Shown here piece after piece: positions 1 to 9,095 of a stretch of DNA of 64,000 nucleotides. The stretch's first letter is position 1. Every line of letters starts with the position of its first letter. The stretch lies in the IMG/VR virus record IMGVR_UViG_3300035675_000001; one strand, given 5' to 3'. A program made the position numbers and the translations under genes. The DNA comes from a virus. Taxonomy: Duplodnaviria > Caudoviricetes. The notes beneath the pieces are model-generated. The model was not told the DNA's origin. It worked only from the letters and a program-made list of their open reading frames with translations, and ran no database searches.

Positions 1-447
1 GACCACGGCTTCCAGGAGGAAGTAGTAGTCGAACATCTTGAACTGCTCGTGCTGCATGGGAAGGGTCTGGATGGACTTGAGCCAGGGGAAGTTCCACCAG
101 CAGGTCTGGTTGCCTGGGTCGGTCAGAACGTGGACCTCGAAGCCGTAGCTGGACATGATCCGGGCAAACGGCCAGGTCATGATCTGGTCCCCATAGCCGC
201 CGCTGCCGTTGTAAATCAGGAGGCGCTGGGTGCCAGGCTTGCGGGCCAGGGCATTGAAATTGGCGATTCGGCTTTCAATCCGGCTCACCTTGAAGGCACG
301 CTGGTTGACAGCCTGCTCCTGGATGATGCGGTTGAACTGCTGCTGGGGCAGGATGTATTCGCGGCCTGCCTCAAAGGTCATGGTCGCGGCACCCGCCGAC
401 TTTTTGAAGTTGATCGAGACCGGTTCGGCAAATGTTACCAGATTCAT
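1..447 (-). CDS. GT9 (heptosyltransferase-like) glycosyltransferase, 5' part only (runs off window)
   Basis: Not in ORF track; manual translation MNLVTFAEPV...LLIYNGSGGYGDQIMTWPFARIM has the GT9 G-x-G-D-x-I-x-x-x-P motif. Confidence 0.65.
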   Translation of the reverse strand, partial: MNLVTFAEPVSINFKKSAGAATMTFEAGREYILPQQQFNRIIQEQAVNQRAFKVSRIESRIANFNALARKPGTQRLLIYNGSGGYGDQIMTWPFARIMSSYGFEVHVLTDPGNQTCWWNFPWLKSIQTLPMQHEQFKMFDYYFLLEAVV

Positions 448-457
448 ACTTCTCTAC

Positions 458-463
458 AGAACG
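458..463 (-). promoter_or_regulatory. CGTTCT motif (putative middle promoter element)
   Basis: 10 nt before ATG 447; GTAAAC lies 11 nt further upstream. Confidence 0.5.
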
Positions 464-535
464 CGGACGTTTTTGTTTACTTTTTTGGATCGGTCGCCCG
501 CCCTGTAGATACATCGGGGCCGTGTGCCCTCGCTT

Positions 536-967
536 ATGGTCATTAAGAAAAAGAAAGACACGTTCAACGATTACTCGGTGGAACTGAGCTGGGGCCAGCT
601 CAACGCCATCTACCGGGCGCTCGAACAAGACCACGCTGATCCTCTTGCGGATGAGCTTTTTGCTGAGCTTGGCTGGTATCTCCAGAACGTCCCCGGACCC
701 GGTGAGGACGAGGAGGAATACAAGGAGGCCAAGGACGCCGAGAAGCAGGCCATCGAGGGCGGCGAGGAAGCAGGTATGCCTGGTGAACAGCGCAACCCTG
801 ACCTTATCGGCCAGGAGATTGGGGCCGAGGAGCCGGAAGGCGCTGAGGGTCCAGTCGAGGGCCAACCTGCGCCGGGCGGCGAAGAAATGCCGCAGGCCGG
901 AGAACCTGCCGAGCGACCGGAAGCTGCCGAAGCCGATCAATTCCTGGAACGTCCACCCGTTGGTTGA
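536..967 (+). CDS. Acidic hypothetical protein (possible internal head protein)
   Basis: ORF 524..967; ATG 536 preferred; E/P/G-rich tail; TAGATA at 506-511 upstream. Confidence 0.7.
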   Translation: MVIKKKKDTFNDYSVELSWGQLNAIYRALEQDHADPLADELFAELGWYLQNVPGPGEDEEEYKEAKDAEKQAIEGGEEAGMPGEQRNPDLIGQEIGAEEPEGAEGPVEGQPAPGGEEMPQAGEPAERPEAAEADQFLERPPVG

Positions 968-983
968 GTTCTATTTGGCGTGA

Positions 984-1613
984 ATGAGTGCCAATACCTC
1001 ACTACTGACGGACGCCTCCCGGCTATCCGCGACGCAGAACACGGAGAACTACGCCGAGGGCGTTGCCGTCCACATCAACGGCGACTGGTCTCAGCACTAT
1101 CAGTTCGTCGTGATTCCGCAGGCGTGGATTGATTCGTGCGGCAACACCATCCCCGGCAGCCAGCGCCTTCGCATCCCGCTGACGGCTTACAACACGGATG
1201 TCAACGTCGTGGTGCCCATTATTCCGTTCATCCCGCCCACCAGCGGCGTGGCTCCGTCGATCATCACACCCCCGACCGCCAAGAATATCGGCTACGGCGA
1301 AACGGCCCGATTTGCAGTGATTGCAGACGGCACGCCGATGCTGACCTATCAGTGGTATCACAACGGCAATCTCATCCAGGGGGCCACGTCCAACCAACTT
1401 GCCGTCACCAACGCTGCTCTGGACGATGCGGGCCTGTATTCCTGCACCATCAGCAACGACTTCGGCCAGATTACAACCACGCCCGTCCAACTGTATGTCC
1501 AGTGGGCGCAGCGCAACTGGCGCGAAACCACGTTTTGGGAGGATGTGGTGGACTTCTTCGACAGTGGGCCACTCTACGGCCTGCCGCCCGGCACGGTTGA
1601 TGGACCCCTATGA
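984..1613 (+). CDS. Ig-like (I-set) domain virion protein
   Basis: TYQWYHNG..IQGATSNQL..TNAALDDAGLYSCTISN Ig signature. Confidence 0.8.
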   Translation: MSANTSLLTDASRLSATQNTENYAEGVAVHINGDWSQHYQFVVIPQAWIDSCGNTIPGSQRLRIPLTAYNTDVNVVVPIIPFIPPTSGVAPSIITPPTAKNIGYGETARFAVIADGTPMLTYQWYHNGNLIQGATSNQLAVTNAALDDAGLYSCTISNDFGQITTTPVQLYVQWAQRNWRETTFWEDVVDFFDSGPLYGLPPGTVDGPL

Positions 1614-2704
1614 GCCAGAAACAATTAGTCACTCAGGGTGAGGTCAAGAACACGATCAGTGGTCTGGACGCGCTGGCCAACAACCTGAACGATCACGTCA
1701 ACGCCAGCATGTCCAAATCACATGGCTGGACGGGGATGGATCAGGAGTATTTCGATTCTGGCGGCTGCTGGCACACAGACACTCCTGGCCGCGTGCTCCG
1801 CATCGTGGTGGGCGACCAGATTTACTACGCCCCCGCTCAGCTCTCTGGCGGGCTGGACGGCTACCCCGATCCGGTCCTGCCGCCTTACACCGGCATCATC
1901 TCCCCACAGCAAGCCGACCCCACCCTCGACCTGACGGTGGGCAGCCCGGCTATCGCAAGCCTGGTCACCGAATTTGCCGGAGAACTGAACGTCGTCGCAG
2001 GCGCGTCAGACACGACGCTGCTTAGCCACGCAGGCACGGAGCCAGAGCGCGTCCACGGAGCCTTGTCCGGTATGCTGCGCTACACCCGCGACAACGCCGG
2101 AGCACGCCATATCGTGGGACGCCGCGTGGTCAATCTGACCATCGCCGGTGTGAAGTGGTCAATCGTCTGCGACTACGAGCCGCTGGGACCAACGCAGCCT
2201 ACCCGTTTTGTCAACACCTGTCCGCAGATCATCGCCAAGATCGGCGAGAGCAACCTCAGCGACCAGGGCAACTGCTACTGGAAAGACGAAGCCGGGGATG
2301 GCGACAGCATGAACGATTACGTGGCCGAGCTGGAGGTTGTCGGGACGCCGCCGATCCAATACAAGTGGCAATACTGCACCAACGCCACGACCCCTATCTG
2401 GACGGACGTGGTATCTGGCGGAACCTACAGCGTGAACAACGGCTTTTCATTTACCGTTCTTGCTGATGCGGCCCATGCTGGCGATGAATGGATCGTTGGT
2501 CTGCCCTCTGGCGCGACGACGGTGAATCCACCGGCCTCGACCAAGCTCCGCATTGCGATCAGTCACGGCGGAAGCAACGCCAACGGCACGAATTTCGGCT
2601 ACGGCATCCGCATGGTTGCAGACAATTCGGCCATCCCTGATGGCTCGATCATCTACAGCGACATGCTCTCGATGGCCATGATCGACCACACGGGCTGCTG
2701 CTGA
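1610..2704 (+). CDS. Putative virion structural protein
   Basis: ATGA-coupled to Ig gene; beta-rich, Ig-like GTPPIQYKWQY segment. Confidence 0.6.
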   Translation: MSQKQLVTQGEVKNTISGLDALANNLNDHVNASMSKSHGWTGMDQEYFDSGGCWHTDTPGRVLRIVVGDQIYYAPAQLSGGLDGYPDPVLPPYTGIISPQQADPTLDLTVGSPAIASLVTEFAGELNVVAGASDTTLLSHAGTEPERVHGALSGMLRYTRDNAGARHIVGRRVVNLTIAGVKWSIVCDYEPLGPTQPTRFVNTCPQIIAKIGESNLSDQGNCYWKDEAGDGDSMNDYVAELEVVGTPPIQYKWQYCTNATTPIWTDVVSGGTYSVNNGFSFTVLADAAHAGDEWIVGLPSGATTVNPPASTKLRIAISHGGSNANGTNFGYGIRMVADNSAIPDGSIIYSDMLSMAMIDHTGCC

Positions 2705-2706
2705 TT

Positions 2707-3159
2707 ATGCCTGATGTAATTTGTAAACAACTTGAAGCACGGGGTCTGATGACCCCGAACGAACACCAGCTCATCCGTTTCATGTTGGTTTGGGACTCGC
2801 AGAATCCCTTCGCCTCCATGATGGCCAACTTCTACCTGGGCAAAGGCCGCATCCTGGTGGACAAGATGCTCGCAGGTAACCACGATTGGAACGAGTCAGC
2901 CCAGCGCAACAAAGAGATCATCAAGTTCATCGAGGAAAAGAAGTGGCCCGAAGCTTCGATAGGCTACGGCGACATGCTCGTGGACTACATGACCAAATAC
3001 TGGCCCGACTGCGACAATGTGTTTTGGAAAAAAGCCGTCGTGCTCTACCAGGAAGCTAAAGAGCGCATGGCCAAAGGCGAGCCAGTGGTGGGCGTTTGGC
3101 CAACTAAGGCCGATGGTCCTCCACCGGCCTTCCCGTTCAAGCTGACCCGCACTCAGTAA
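2707..3159 (+). CDS. Hypothetical protein
   Basis: 150-aa ORF, 2 nt after previous stop, phage-like codon usage. Confidence 0.7.
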   Translation: MPDVICKQLEARGLMTPNEHQLIRFMLVWDSQNPFASMMANFYLGKGRILVDKMLAGNHDWNESAQRNKEIIKFIEEKKWPEASIGYGDMLVDYMTKYWPDCDNVFWKKAVVLYQEAKERMAKGEPVVGVWPTKADGPPPAFPFKLTRTQ

Positions 3160-4826
3160 GTTTTCAGCGCCAGCATGGACATGTAAACCATGCAATACTG
3201 GTCGCTCGGATTGGTGATCGTAAACTTATTGTCGAACTGCCGGAGCCGAGGCCCGGAGACGGTCCCGTTCAAGGAGAATCCCGGAACATTGGTATCACCG
3301 CCCAGGGGAATAGTCGCCTGGGTTCCATAGCTCTTGACCGTGCCCGCGTTAGCGAAGCTCAGAATGGCGTCAGTGTTCGTCCAATTCACCGAAGCCGGAG
3401 AGGTCGAAAGCGTGTCAGGCATGACGAGCGTGATCGAACCCAGCCATTTGGCGTAATAGTAAAACTTCAAGAAGGCCAGCCCGTGCCCAACTGCCGCATC
3501 GCTCACCTTGTATTCCTGGAAGGTCACGATAGCCGTGCCCGGATACGAAAGCGGGATGTTGAGGTAAGGGCCGTCAGGACCACTTGCAGCCTTGTAGTCG
3601 GCCTCGACGTAAACGGTGCCGGTGCATGTTCTGAACCCATAGGCCGTGGTGGGGGCGCTGAACATCAGGTTCCAGCTCGTGTTCGGAGGAGCCGTAGTCC
3701 ACTGAATCGGACCAGTCGGAGGCAGGACCGCGATGTAAGTTTGGGTCTCTCCACCGACCACATAGGTCACCACATCATTCAGGATGTAAGGCTGCGACGG
3801 GTTATCGGTCGGAGGGTTGCCCCAGGTGCCACGGTAGGTTGGACCGTTGGAGCCTTTGGCAGCGATCAAATCCCACTCAGCCGGATACGTGATGGGATCG
3901 TGGTTCGTGATCGGGAGCGGCGAAACGCAAACATACGAGCTGCCCAGGTATTCCACTCCCTCGTCCTCATTGTAAGTCGTGGCCGGGCTGTAAACGCCCT
4001 TCCAGTCGAACCCAGGATCACCCTTCTTGGCCAGGAAATCCCACCAGAGATCGCCGCCTCCACCCACCGGGACGTTGCCGACGTTGCCTGCTGCTTTGGA
4101 TTTGAACGCTGAGCCGTCGTAGTAAACCACGTCGGTTGCGGTGTAGGCCGTGGAGACCACCCAGGTAGATTGCCAGGTCAGCCCAGGCGATCCGGCAGGA
4201 CCGGTCGGACCAGCTCCGCCGCTAGGCCCCGGAGGACCAGCGGGTCCGGGCGGGCCGGAAGGCGCAATCGAAGCCGACGCCAGCAGAAAGCCAGACGTGG
4301 CTCCCAGGGGGCGCATGGTGAGCAGGATCGAAGCGATCATCTCCAGCGTGGAACCGCCACGGTTCTTGAGCGTGATGATGAACTCGCCCGCCGAGAAGAA
4401 AATGGTGCCGCCCGTGTATTCGGTGGACGTGCTGACCACCTGAGCGCCGGTGGAATTGCCGAAGCTGTTCGGGGTGTAGTAAATGTCCAGCTCCGCACTG
4501 GAGGAGGCCGGGATCGAGGTCACGACCGCATTGAGCACGCGGCACTCAAAGCCGGGCGGGATGCGGAAGTTCTGGATGATCTCCTCGGCATTGGGTGGGA
4601 GCGTGGTCCGCAGCACCGGCATGGGGACAAACTGCTCCTTATTGTTTACAACTTCGATTACCTCGTTGACCTTCTGCGCGATGGCCACGTCACGCTGAGC
4701 CAGGTGCCGGGTCGGGCGCGAAATGCCTGGAACGTCCATCGCATCACCCTCGGTGAAGTGACGCACGTCGTTCTCGCCGTAGTTGATTGCTGCGGCATCT
4801 GGAATGCTTAGTGGGTCGATTGCCAT
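3153..4826 (-). CDS. Collagen-like tail fibre protein with CBM5/12-like repeats
   Basis: GPP-GPA-GPP-GPS-GGA-GPT-GPA-GSP triplets; three W..(T)AY...DVVYY-type repeats. Confidence 0.75.
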   Translation of the reverse strand: MAIDPLSIPDAAAINYGENDVRHFTEGDAMDVPGISRPTRHLAQRDVAIAQKVNEVIEVVNNKEQFVPMPVLRTTLPPNAEEIIQNFRIPPGFECRVLNAVVTSIPASSSAELDIYYTPNSFGNSTGAQVVSTSTEYTGGTIFFSAGEFIITLKNRGGSTLEMIASILLTMRPLGATSGFLLASASIAPSGPPGPAGPPGPSGGAGPTGPAGSPGLTWQSTWVVSTAYTATDVVYYDGSAFKSKAAGNVGNVPVGGGGDLWWDFLAKKGDPGFDWKGVYSPATTYNEDEGVEYLGSSYVCVSPLPITNHDPITYPAEWDLIAAKGSNGPTYRGTWGNPPTDNPSQPYILNDVVTYVVGGETQTYIAVLPPTGPIQWTTAPPNTSWNLMFSAPTTAYGFRTCTGTVYVEADYKAASGPDGPYLNIPLSYPGTAIVTFQEYKVSDAAVGHGLAFLKFYYYAKWLGSITLVMPDTLSTSPASVNWTNTDAILSFANAGTVKSYGTQATIPLGGDTNVPGFSLNGTVSGPRLRQFDNKFTITNPSDQYCMVYMSMLALKTY

Positions 4827-4833
4827 AACGGTT

Positions 4834-4839
4834 TAACTA
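4834..4839 (-). promoter_or_regulatory. TAGTTA motif (putative late promoter)
   Basis: 7 nt before ATG 4826, no SD in spacer. Confidence 0.6.
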
Positions 4840-4841
4840 CC

Positions 4842-5186
4842 TCAGCCATACCAGTTCAGGTGCCGAGTGCTCATCCACTCGCGGTAAATCTTGAACCTGT
4901 AGCGGATACGGGGGTCAAGGATGTATGTCTGCTTCTGTTTGACGACGCCCTTTCCAGGCGTTCGCCGAAATCCCATCGTCACCTGGCGGGCCTCCTGCCA
5001 CTGCGGGACCAGAGCACCGAGCCGCCCAATGGTGACTTTGCTGCCATCCGCCACGCCCTCCTCGAAGGTGGAAACCATCGTCCGGTAGAGCTGGCAGGCC
5101 ACGTCGTAGGTGACACCGCACTCCTGCATCCACTTGCGGATGAAGTCGCGGCGGTTAACCGTTTGGCGCTTGCCGGTCAGGCTCAT
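4842..5186 (-). CDS. Divergent HU/IHF-like DNA-binding protein
   Basis: RRDFIRKW..ECGVT...DGSKVTIGRLGAL...RYRFK matches HU fold pattern. Confidence 0.65.
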   Translation of the reverse strand: MSLTGKRQTVNRRDFIRKWMQECGVTYDVACQLYRTMVSTFEEGVADGSKVTIGRLGALVPQWQEARQVTMGFRRTPGKGVVKQKQTYILDPRIRYRFKIYREWMSTRHLNWYG

Positions 5187-5893
5187 GTGGTGAAGGGCAG
5201 GGAAAGGTTGAATGTGGCCTGGTTCATCTTCGAGAGGAAGATGGCGTTGACCAGGACTTCACGCGGGGAAGGCCGAAGCACTTCCAGGGATTCAAGGCTG
5301 ACTCGCGGCTCGAACTGGTTGATCGCCTCGTCGATCTCCTGCTGGATCAACGACTGGACGTTGCCATCGTTTGGCTCGAACACGGCCCGCCGCAGATTCG
5401 TGCCGTAGGTCGGGTTCATGACCCGCTCGCCCTTGGATGTGATGAGCAGCATTTTCACCGAAGACTTGAGCACATCCAGGTTGAAACCGGTGTCGAAGTT
5501 CCACTCCTGCTCGTTGGGGAAGCCATCGTCCATCGGCAGGATTGGACCGAACAGATACTTGTCCACGGTGGGAACAAGCTGCTCTGGCTGAATGGTAACG
5601 GTGCTGTAATAGGCCGTCTGATTCGGCGTGGGCTGGAGGTAGTTCCAAGCCAGGATGGTGATGAAGTAGGTGCCCAGGCGCAGGTTCCTGGTCATGTCCA
5701 GGGAGATGGGCTTATGCCCCGGAGTGAACTGAACGGGCGGCGTTCCGTCGTTCCAGTCCAGGCTCGCGCCCACCATGTTGATGGCCGGGTTGCTGTCCGT
5801 GACCACGGCAATGACGTGGACCGAGCCATAGTTCCTGCCCGGCAGAACCATCAGATTCTCCTGCTTGGCCAGGTTACAGGTGATCGTCAGCAT
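5183..5893 (-). CDS. gp25: Baseplate wedge gp25-like protein with N-terminal PKD-like domain
   Basis: LLITSKGERVMNPTYG..LFEP...EAINQFEPRV = gp25/GPW motif; LDWNDGT upstream. Confidence 0.85.
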   Translation of the reverse strand: MLTITCNLAKQENLMVLPGRNYGSVHVIAVVTDSNPAINMVGASLDWNDGTPPVQFTPGHKPISLDMTRNLRLGTYFITILAWNYLQPTPNQTAYYSTVTIQPEQLVPTVDKYLFGPILPMDDGFPNEQEWNFDTGFNLDVLKSSVKMLLITSKGERVMNPTYGTNLRRAVFEPNDGNVQSLIQQEIDEAINQFEPRVSLESLEVLRPSPREVLVNAIFLSKMNQATFNLSLPFTT

Positions 5894-7809
5894 TACATCC
5901 TCTCCGGGTAGAATTGCCGATACGGCTGCTCCGTCTTGGCCTCGTTGAGCGGGCCGGGACCAGAGCCGGTGACGGTCTGGCCTGTTTCAGACTGGCGTTT
6001 CAGCTCCATCGGGTGCCGCCCGTAGGAGGAGATAATCACGTCCCAGCTTCCGATCTCCGCCTTCATGTCCATGCCTTTTCTGCTGAACATGTTCTCGTGG
6101 AGCTTGCGCTTGCCACGGCTGCGGGAGGGAGCCGCTTCGCCCTTGATGCCCTGGCGAAGCTCCTCGACCAGCGCAACAACATCGGGCGACTGGCGCACCT
6201 TGTCTTCGATCTCGCGCAGGATGCGGTAGCTGTAAGGCGCGGGTCGTTTTTGTAAACTTTCCATAGCTGGCTCCTCGATTTCAGAGGGGAGCGCAGTGAT
6301 GAACATGTTCACGACCTCATCGGGCAGGCGCATGTAGCGTTTGAAGATGGTCTCGACCCAGGCTTCGCGGGGCAGGTTGTATTTGGCCATCACGTCGGCC
6401 AGGACATCGAGCACTTCGGCCTGCTGGCGCAGCATCTCCAGCTTCATCTGGTCTTCCAGGCTGCCGATGGGCGGCATCATGGCCTTGATGTCCAGCTCGC
6501 GGATGTCTTTGCCCTTGAGCACCGCGTGGAAGTAGCCGAGCCAGGTGTAGCCGTTGATGACCGGGCGGCGGATGCCCTTGATCTTCCGCAGGAACCTCAT
6601 GTCCTGGGCAAGCAGCGCCTTGCCGCTCATGGCCTGGTCCCCACCGGCGCTGCCGCTCTTGGCACCAAACCAGGAGCGCGGCATACCGATGATCGAGTAA
6701 AAGAGGTCGGTCAGCAGCTCGATGTCGTAAACGTCGGGGATGTTCTGCGTGCCCTGGAGCTTTTCGATGGTGTGCTCGAAGCCGGTGGGCTTGGCGACCC
6801 ACAGGATCGTGTCCAGCGACCAGGCGTTGTAGAAAGCCTGGAAGCCCATCGGGTCCGTGAGGTCTTGCGTCAGGCCGTTACTGCCCTGGTTCTGGAGGCC
6901 AAAGGACAGCTTGCTGCGGAGGGTCTGCTTCCACCGCTGGACCGTCTTCATCTGCTCCATCGGCGGCTGATCCTTGGTGTCGATGTTGATGACGTAGCGG
7001 TCGGGCTGGACCTGGGCGCGGTGGACGACCATCTGGTCAATAGCCAAGCGCAGCTTTTTGTAAATCCCCTGCGCCTCGTCAAAAATCGGTTCGCCGTGCT
7101 CGCTGATGCGGAGCCGATACATGCGCCGGAAGTGGAGCATGTCCCACGGATACCACAGCTCCTCGACGTTTTGGCCGTCGCTGATGGCCACGCGCTCGAT
7201 GGGCGTCTTGTTGTCCGGGTGGACGAACGCAGCTTCCTTGCTGGGCTTGTGGCCGGTCCAGCGGAACCCGACCACCTTGCGATTGCGCTCCAGCCAGTAG
7301 CGGCGAATGTCCATCGGGTGGATGAAGCTCATCCCCAGCACACCTTCGCCGGGCGCGTATTCCAGCTTCTCGAAATGGTTGCCCAGGGAGGCGACGTAGT
7401 AAATCTGCGAGGGCAGCAGCTCCTCCGTGTTCAGATTGACCAGCATCCCGTTCAGTTCATCCTCGAACTCGCGGTCGTTGCACTGATACCAGATCGAGGC
7501 CGGGCTGTTCTGGTCGGTCTGAGTAGCTTCGTCAACAATTTCTACCAGGGCGGCTGCCATCAAGTCCCATCCGGCCATCTCGTCCCAAAGCTGGAGCATG
7601 GCGTCGAAGGTGACAGGACGCCGCATGTAGGCGTTGAACCTTGACCAGACATCCGGGTTGGCGACCCTGCCCGCCTCCTGGAACTCCTTGAACAGCTCTT
7701 GATCTGCTGTGGGCGTGCCTGCCCGTGGAACGAGACTTCCGGTTGGCTGCCCGGATGTCCCGATCATCCCCAGGTATTTCAGCAGGCTTGTTGCAGTCGT
7801 GTTTGCCAT
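5893..7809 (-). CDS. gp20: Portal protein, T4 gp20-like
   Basis: IFDEAQGIYKKLRLAIDQMVVHRAQVQPDRYVINID resembles gp20 LEDA.VIYR..RAPERR.FYID; 638 aa. Confidence 0.85.
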   Translation of the reverse strand: MANTTATSLLKYLGMIGTSGQPTGSLVPRAGTPTADQELFKEFQEAGRVANPDVWSRFNAYMRRPVTFDAMLQLWDEMAGWDLMAAALVEIVDEATQTDQNSPASIWYQCNDREFEDELNGMLVNLNTEELLPSQIYYVASLGNHFEKLEYAPGEGVLGMSFIHPMDIRRYWLERNRKVVGFRWTGHKPSKEAAFVHPDNKTPIERVAISDGQNVEELWYPWDMLHFRRMYRLRISEHGEPIFDEAQGIYKKLRLAIDQMVVHRAQVQPDRYVINIDTKDQPPMEQMKTVQRWKQTLRSKLSFGLQNQGSNGLTQDLTDPMGFQAFYNAWSLDTILWVAKPTGFEHTIEKLQGTQNIPDVYDIELLTDLFYSIIGMPRSWFGAKSGSAGGDQAMSGKALLAQDMRFLRKIKGIRRPVINGYTWLGYFHAVLKGKDIRELDIKAMMPPIGSLEDQMKLEMLRQQAEVLDVLADVMAKYNLPREAWVETIFKRYMRLPDEVVNMFITALPSEIEEPAMESLQKRPAPYSYRILREIEDKVRQSPDVVALVEELRQGIKGEAAPSRSRGKRKLHENMFSRKGMDMKAEIGSWDVIISSYGRHPMELKRQSETGQTVTGSGPGPLNEAKTEQPYRQFYPERM

Positions 7810-7816
7810 ACGCTTT

Positions 7817-7822
7817 TAACTA
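7817..7822 (-). promoter_or_regulatory. TAGTTA motif (putative late promoter)
   Basis: 7 nt before portal ATG, no SD. Confidence 0.6.
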
Positions 7823-7854
7823 CCAAAAAGAACGGGAACCCTGGTCAACGATTC

Positions 7855-7860
7855 CGTTCT
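7855..7860 (+). promoter_or_regulatory. CGTTCT motif
   Basis: 7 nt before ATG 7868. Confidence 0.5.
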
Positions 7861-7867
7861 ATCGAGC

Positions 7868-8080
7868 ATGGCTGAAAAGAAGCTCAAAGAACACATCGTG
7901 TCCTTTCGGATTCCGAAGGAACAGGCAGCTATCGTGACCAAGATGCTGGAGGACCAGCCCATCCTGGGCGTGAAGTCCATCAACCAGTTTTTCCGCAAGA
8001 TTGGGCGGGATCACTTGGCCGGTCGCCTGGCCTACAAAAACCCGGAGCACGCGACGGTCGATACAGACGTTCTCGACTAA
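7868..8080 (+). CDS. Ribbon-helix-helix (CopG/Arc-like) DNA-binding protein
   Basis: HIVSFRIPKEQ...SINQFFRK: alternating beta strand then two helices. Confidence 0.55.
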   Translation: MAEKKLKEHIVSFRIPKEQAAIVTKMLEDQPILGVKSINQFFRKIGRDHLAGRLAYKNPEHATVDTDVLD

Positions 8081-8391
8081 ACCCGCTGCGCTTTGTGCGT
8101 CAAGGGGTTGATCTCGAAGAACACGTCCAGGCCGAACGTCGAAGTGCTTTCATGGTCGGCGACCCGGCACGGTATCCTCACCGTGATCTTGTCCGGGTCA
8201 ATTTTTTCGACCACGGCCAGTTCCACATTCAGCGGCTCGTCCTGCTGCTGGATCGTTTCCAGCAGCGTTTCACGAAAACATCCAGTCCGGCATTCAGCTT
8301 GAATCCAGGCTGTCAAAGGGGGCTTCGGAGACGGGTCATCTTCGACGAAGGTGCCCGCAATCTTCCTGGCGGTCTCAGAAGGCGTAGTCAT
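8077..8391 (-). CDS. Hypothetical protein
   Basis: ATG 8391 (MTTPSETARK) with GAGGAG SD preferred over ORF-track start 8484. Confidence 0.65.
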   Translation of the reverse strand: MTTPSETARKIAGTFVEDDPSPKPPLTAWIQAECRTGCFRETLLETIQQQDEPLNVELAVVEKIDPDKITVRIPCRVADHESTSTFGLDVFFEINPLTHKAQRV

Positions 8392-8806
8392 ACTCCTCAC
8401 CCGGAAAGTCCTCCGGCCTGACCTCGATCTGGACGCCGGTGCGGGCCTGCCCGTCCTTGACGAACCGAAAGAGCTTAGGCTCACGCGGAGAAGCTATTAG
8501 CCGGATGAGAGGAGTCAGGACTTCCTGGGGAAGTCGTCGGAAGGAAAGCTGGACAATCACGCCATCGGCAGGAGCTTTGGTTTCTTTCTCCTCCTCCGCC
8601 TCATTGAACACCCCGTCCTCCACTTGGTCGTCAGTATCGGCTTCGATGCCGGGCTTGAAGACCGTCACGTCGGCGAGGTTGGCCATGAGAGCGGGCTGCG
8701 ATTGAAGCCGCAGCATGAGCCGGTTGACATAGACGGCGATCTTCTTGTCGATGTTCGCGTCTGCCAGCTTCTCGATCAGCAAAATGGCCAATTCACGGTC
8801 GGTCAC
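8375..8806 (-). CDS. Hypothetical protein
   Basis: GTG start, TAGTTA 4 nt upstream (8811-8816), GTGA overlap with upstream stop. Confidence 0.7.
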   Translation of the reverse strand: MTDRELAILLIEKLADANIDKKIAVYVNRLMLRLQSQPALMANLADVTVFKPGIEADTDDQVEDGVFNEAEEEKETKAPADGVIVQLSFRRLPQEVLTPLIRLIASPREPKLFRFVKDGQARTGVQIEVRPEDFPGEEYDYAF

Positions 8807-8997
8807 GCCCTAACTACGTCTTCGGAGCGGAATTTATTGCGGGCACCAAAATACTCGCGTAGCGCCTGCGATACCAGCCGTCGAAGCCAGTCTTTGGGCA
8901 AACGGGACCGACCGGTAGAGAACAGTGGAGATACCTCTGACGTGACCTCACACACTTCTTGACCGTTCACCTGTAAGCAATAAAGCTTCACGAACAT
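8803..8997 (-). CDS. Small hypothetical protein
   Basis: ATG 8997 (MFVKLYC); CGTTCT at 9014-9019 upstream. Confidence 0.55.
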   Translation of the reverse strand: MFVKLYCLQVNGQEVCEVTSEVSPLFSTGRSRLPKDWLRRLVSQALREYFGARNKFRSEDVVRA

Positions 8998-9082
8998 AAC
9001 TCGCACACCTACCAGAACGGATTGGGAGTAGCCTCCAGTCGCATCTAAGCGCATTACCGATCAATTTGTCATCGCTATAAAC

Positions 9083-9088
9083 CGTTCT
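9083..9088 (+). promoter_or_regulatory. CGTTCT motif
   Basis: 7 nt before sbcD-like ATG 9096. Confidence 0.5.
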
Positions 9089-9095
9089 TCCCTCC

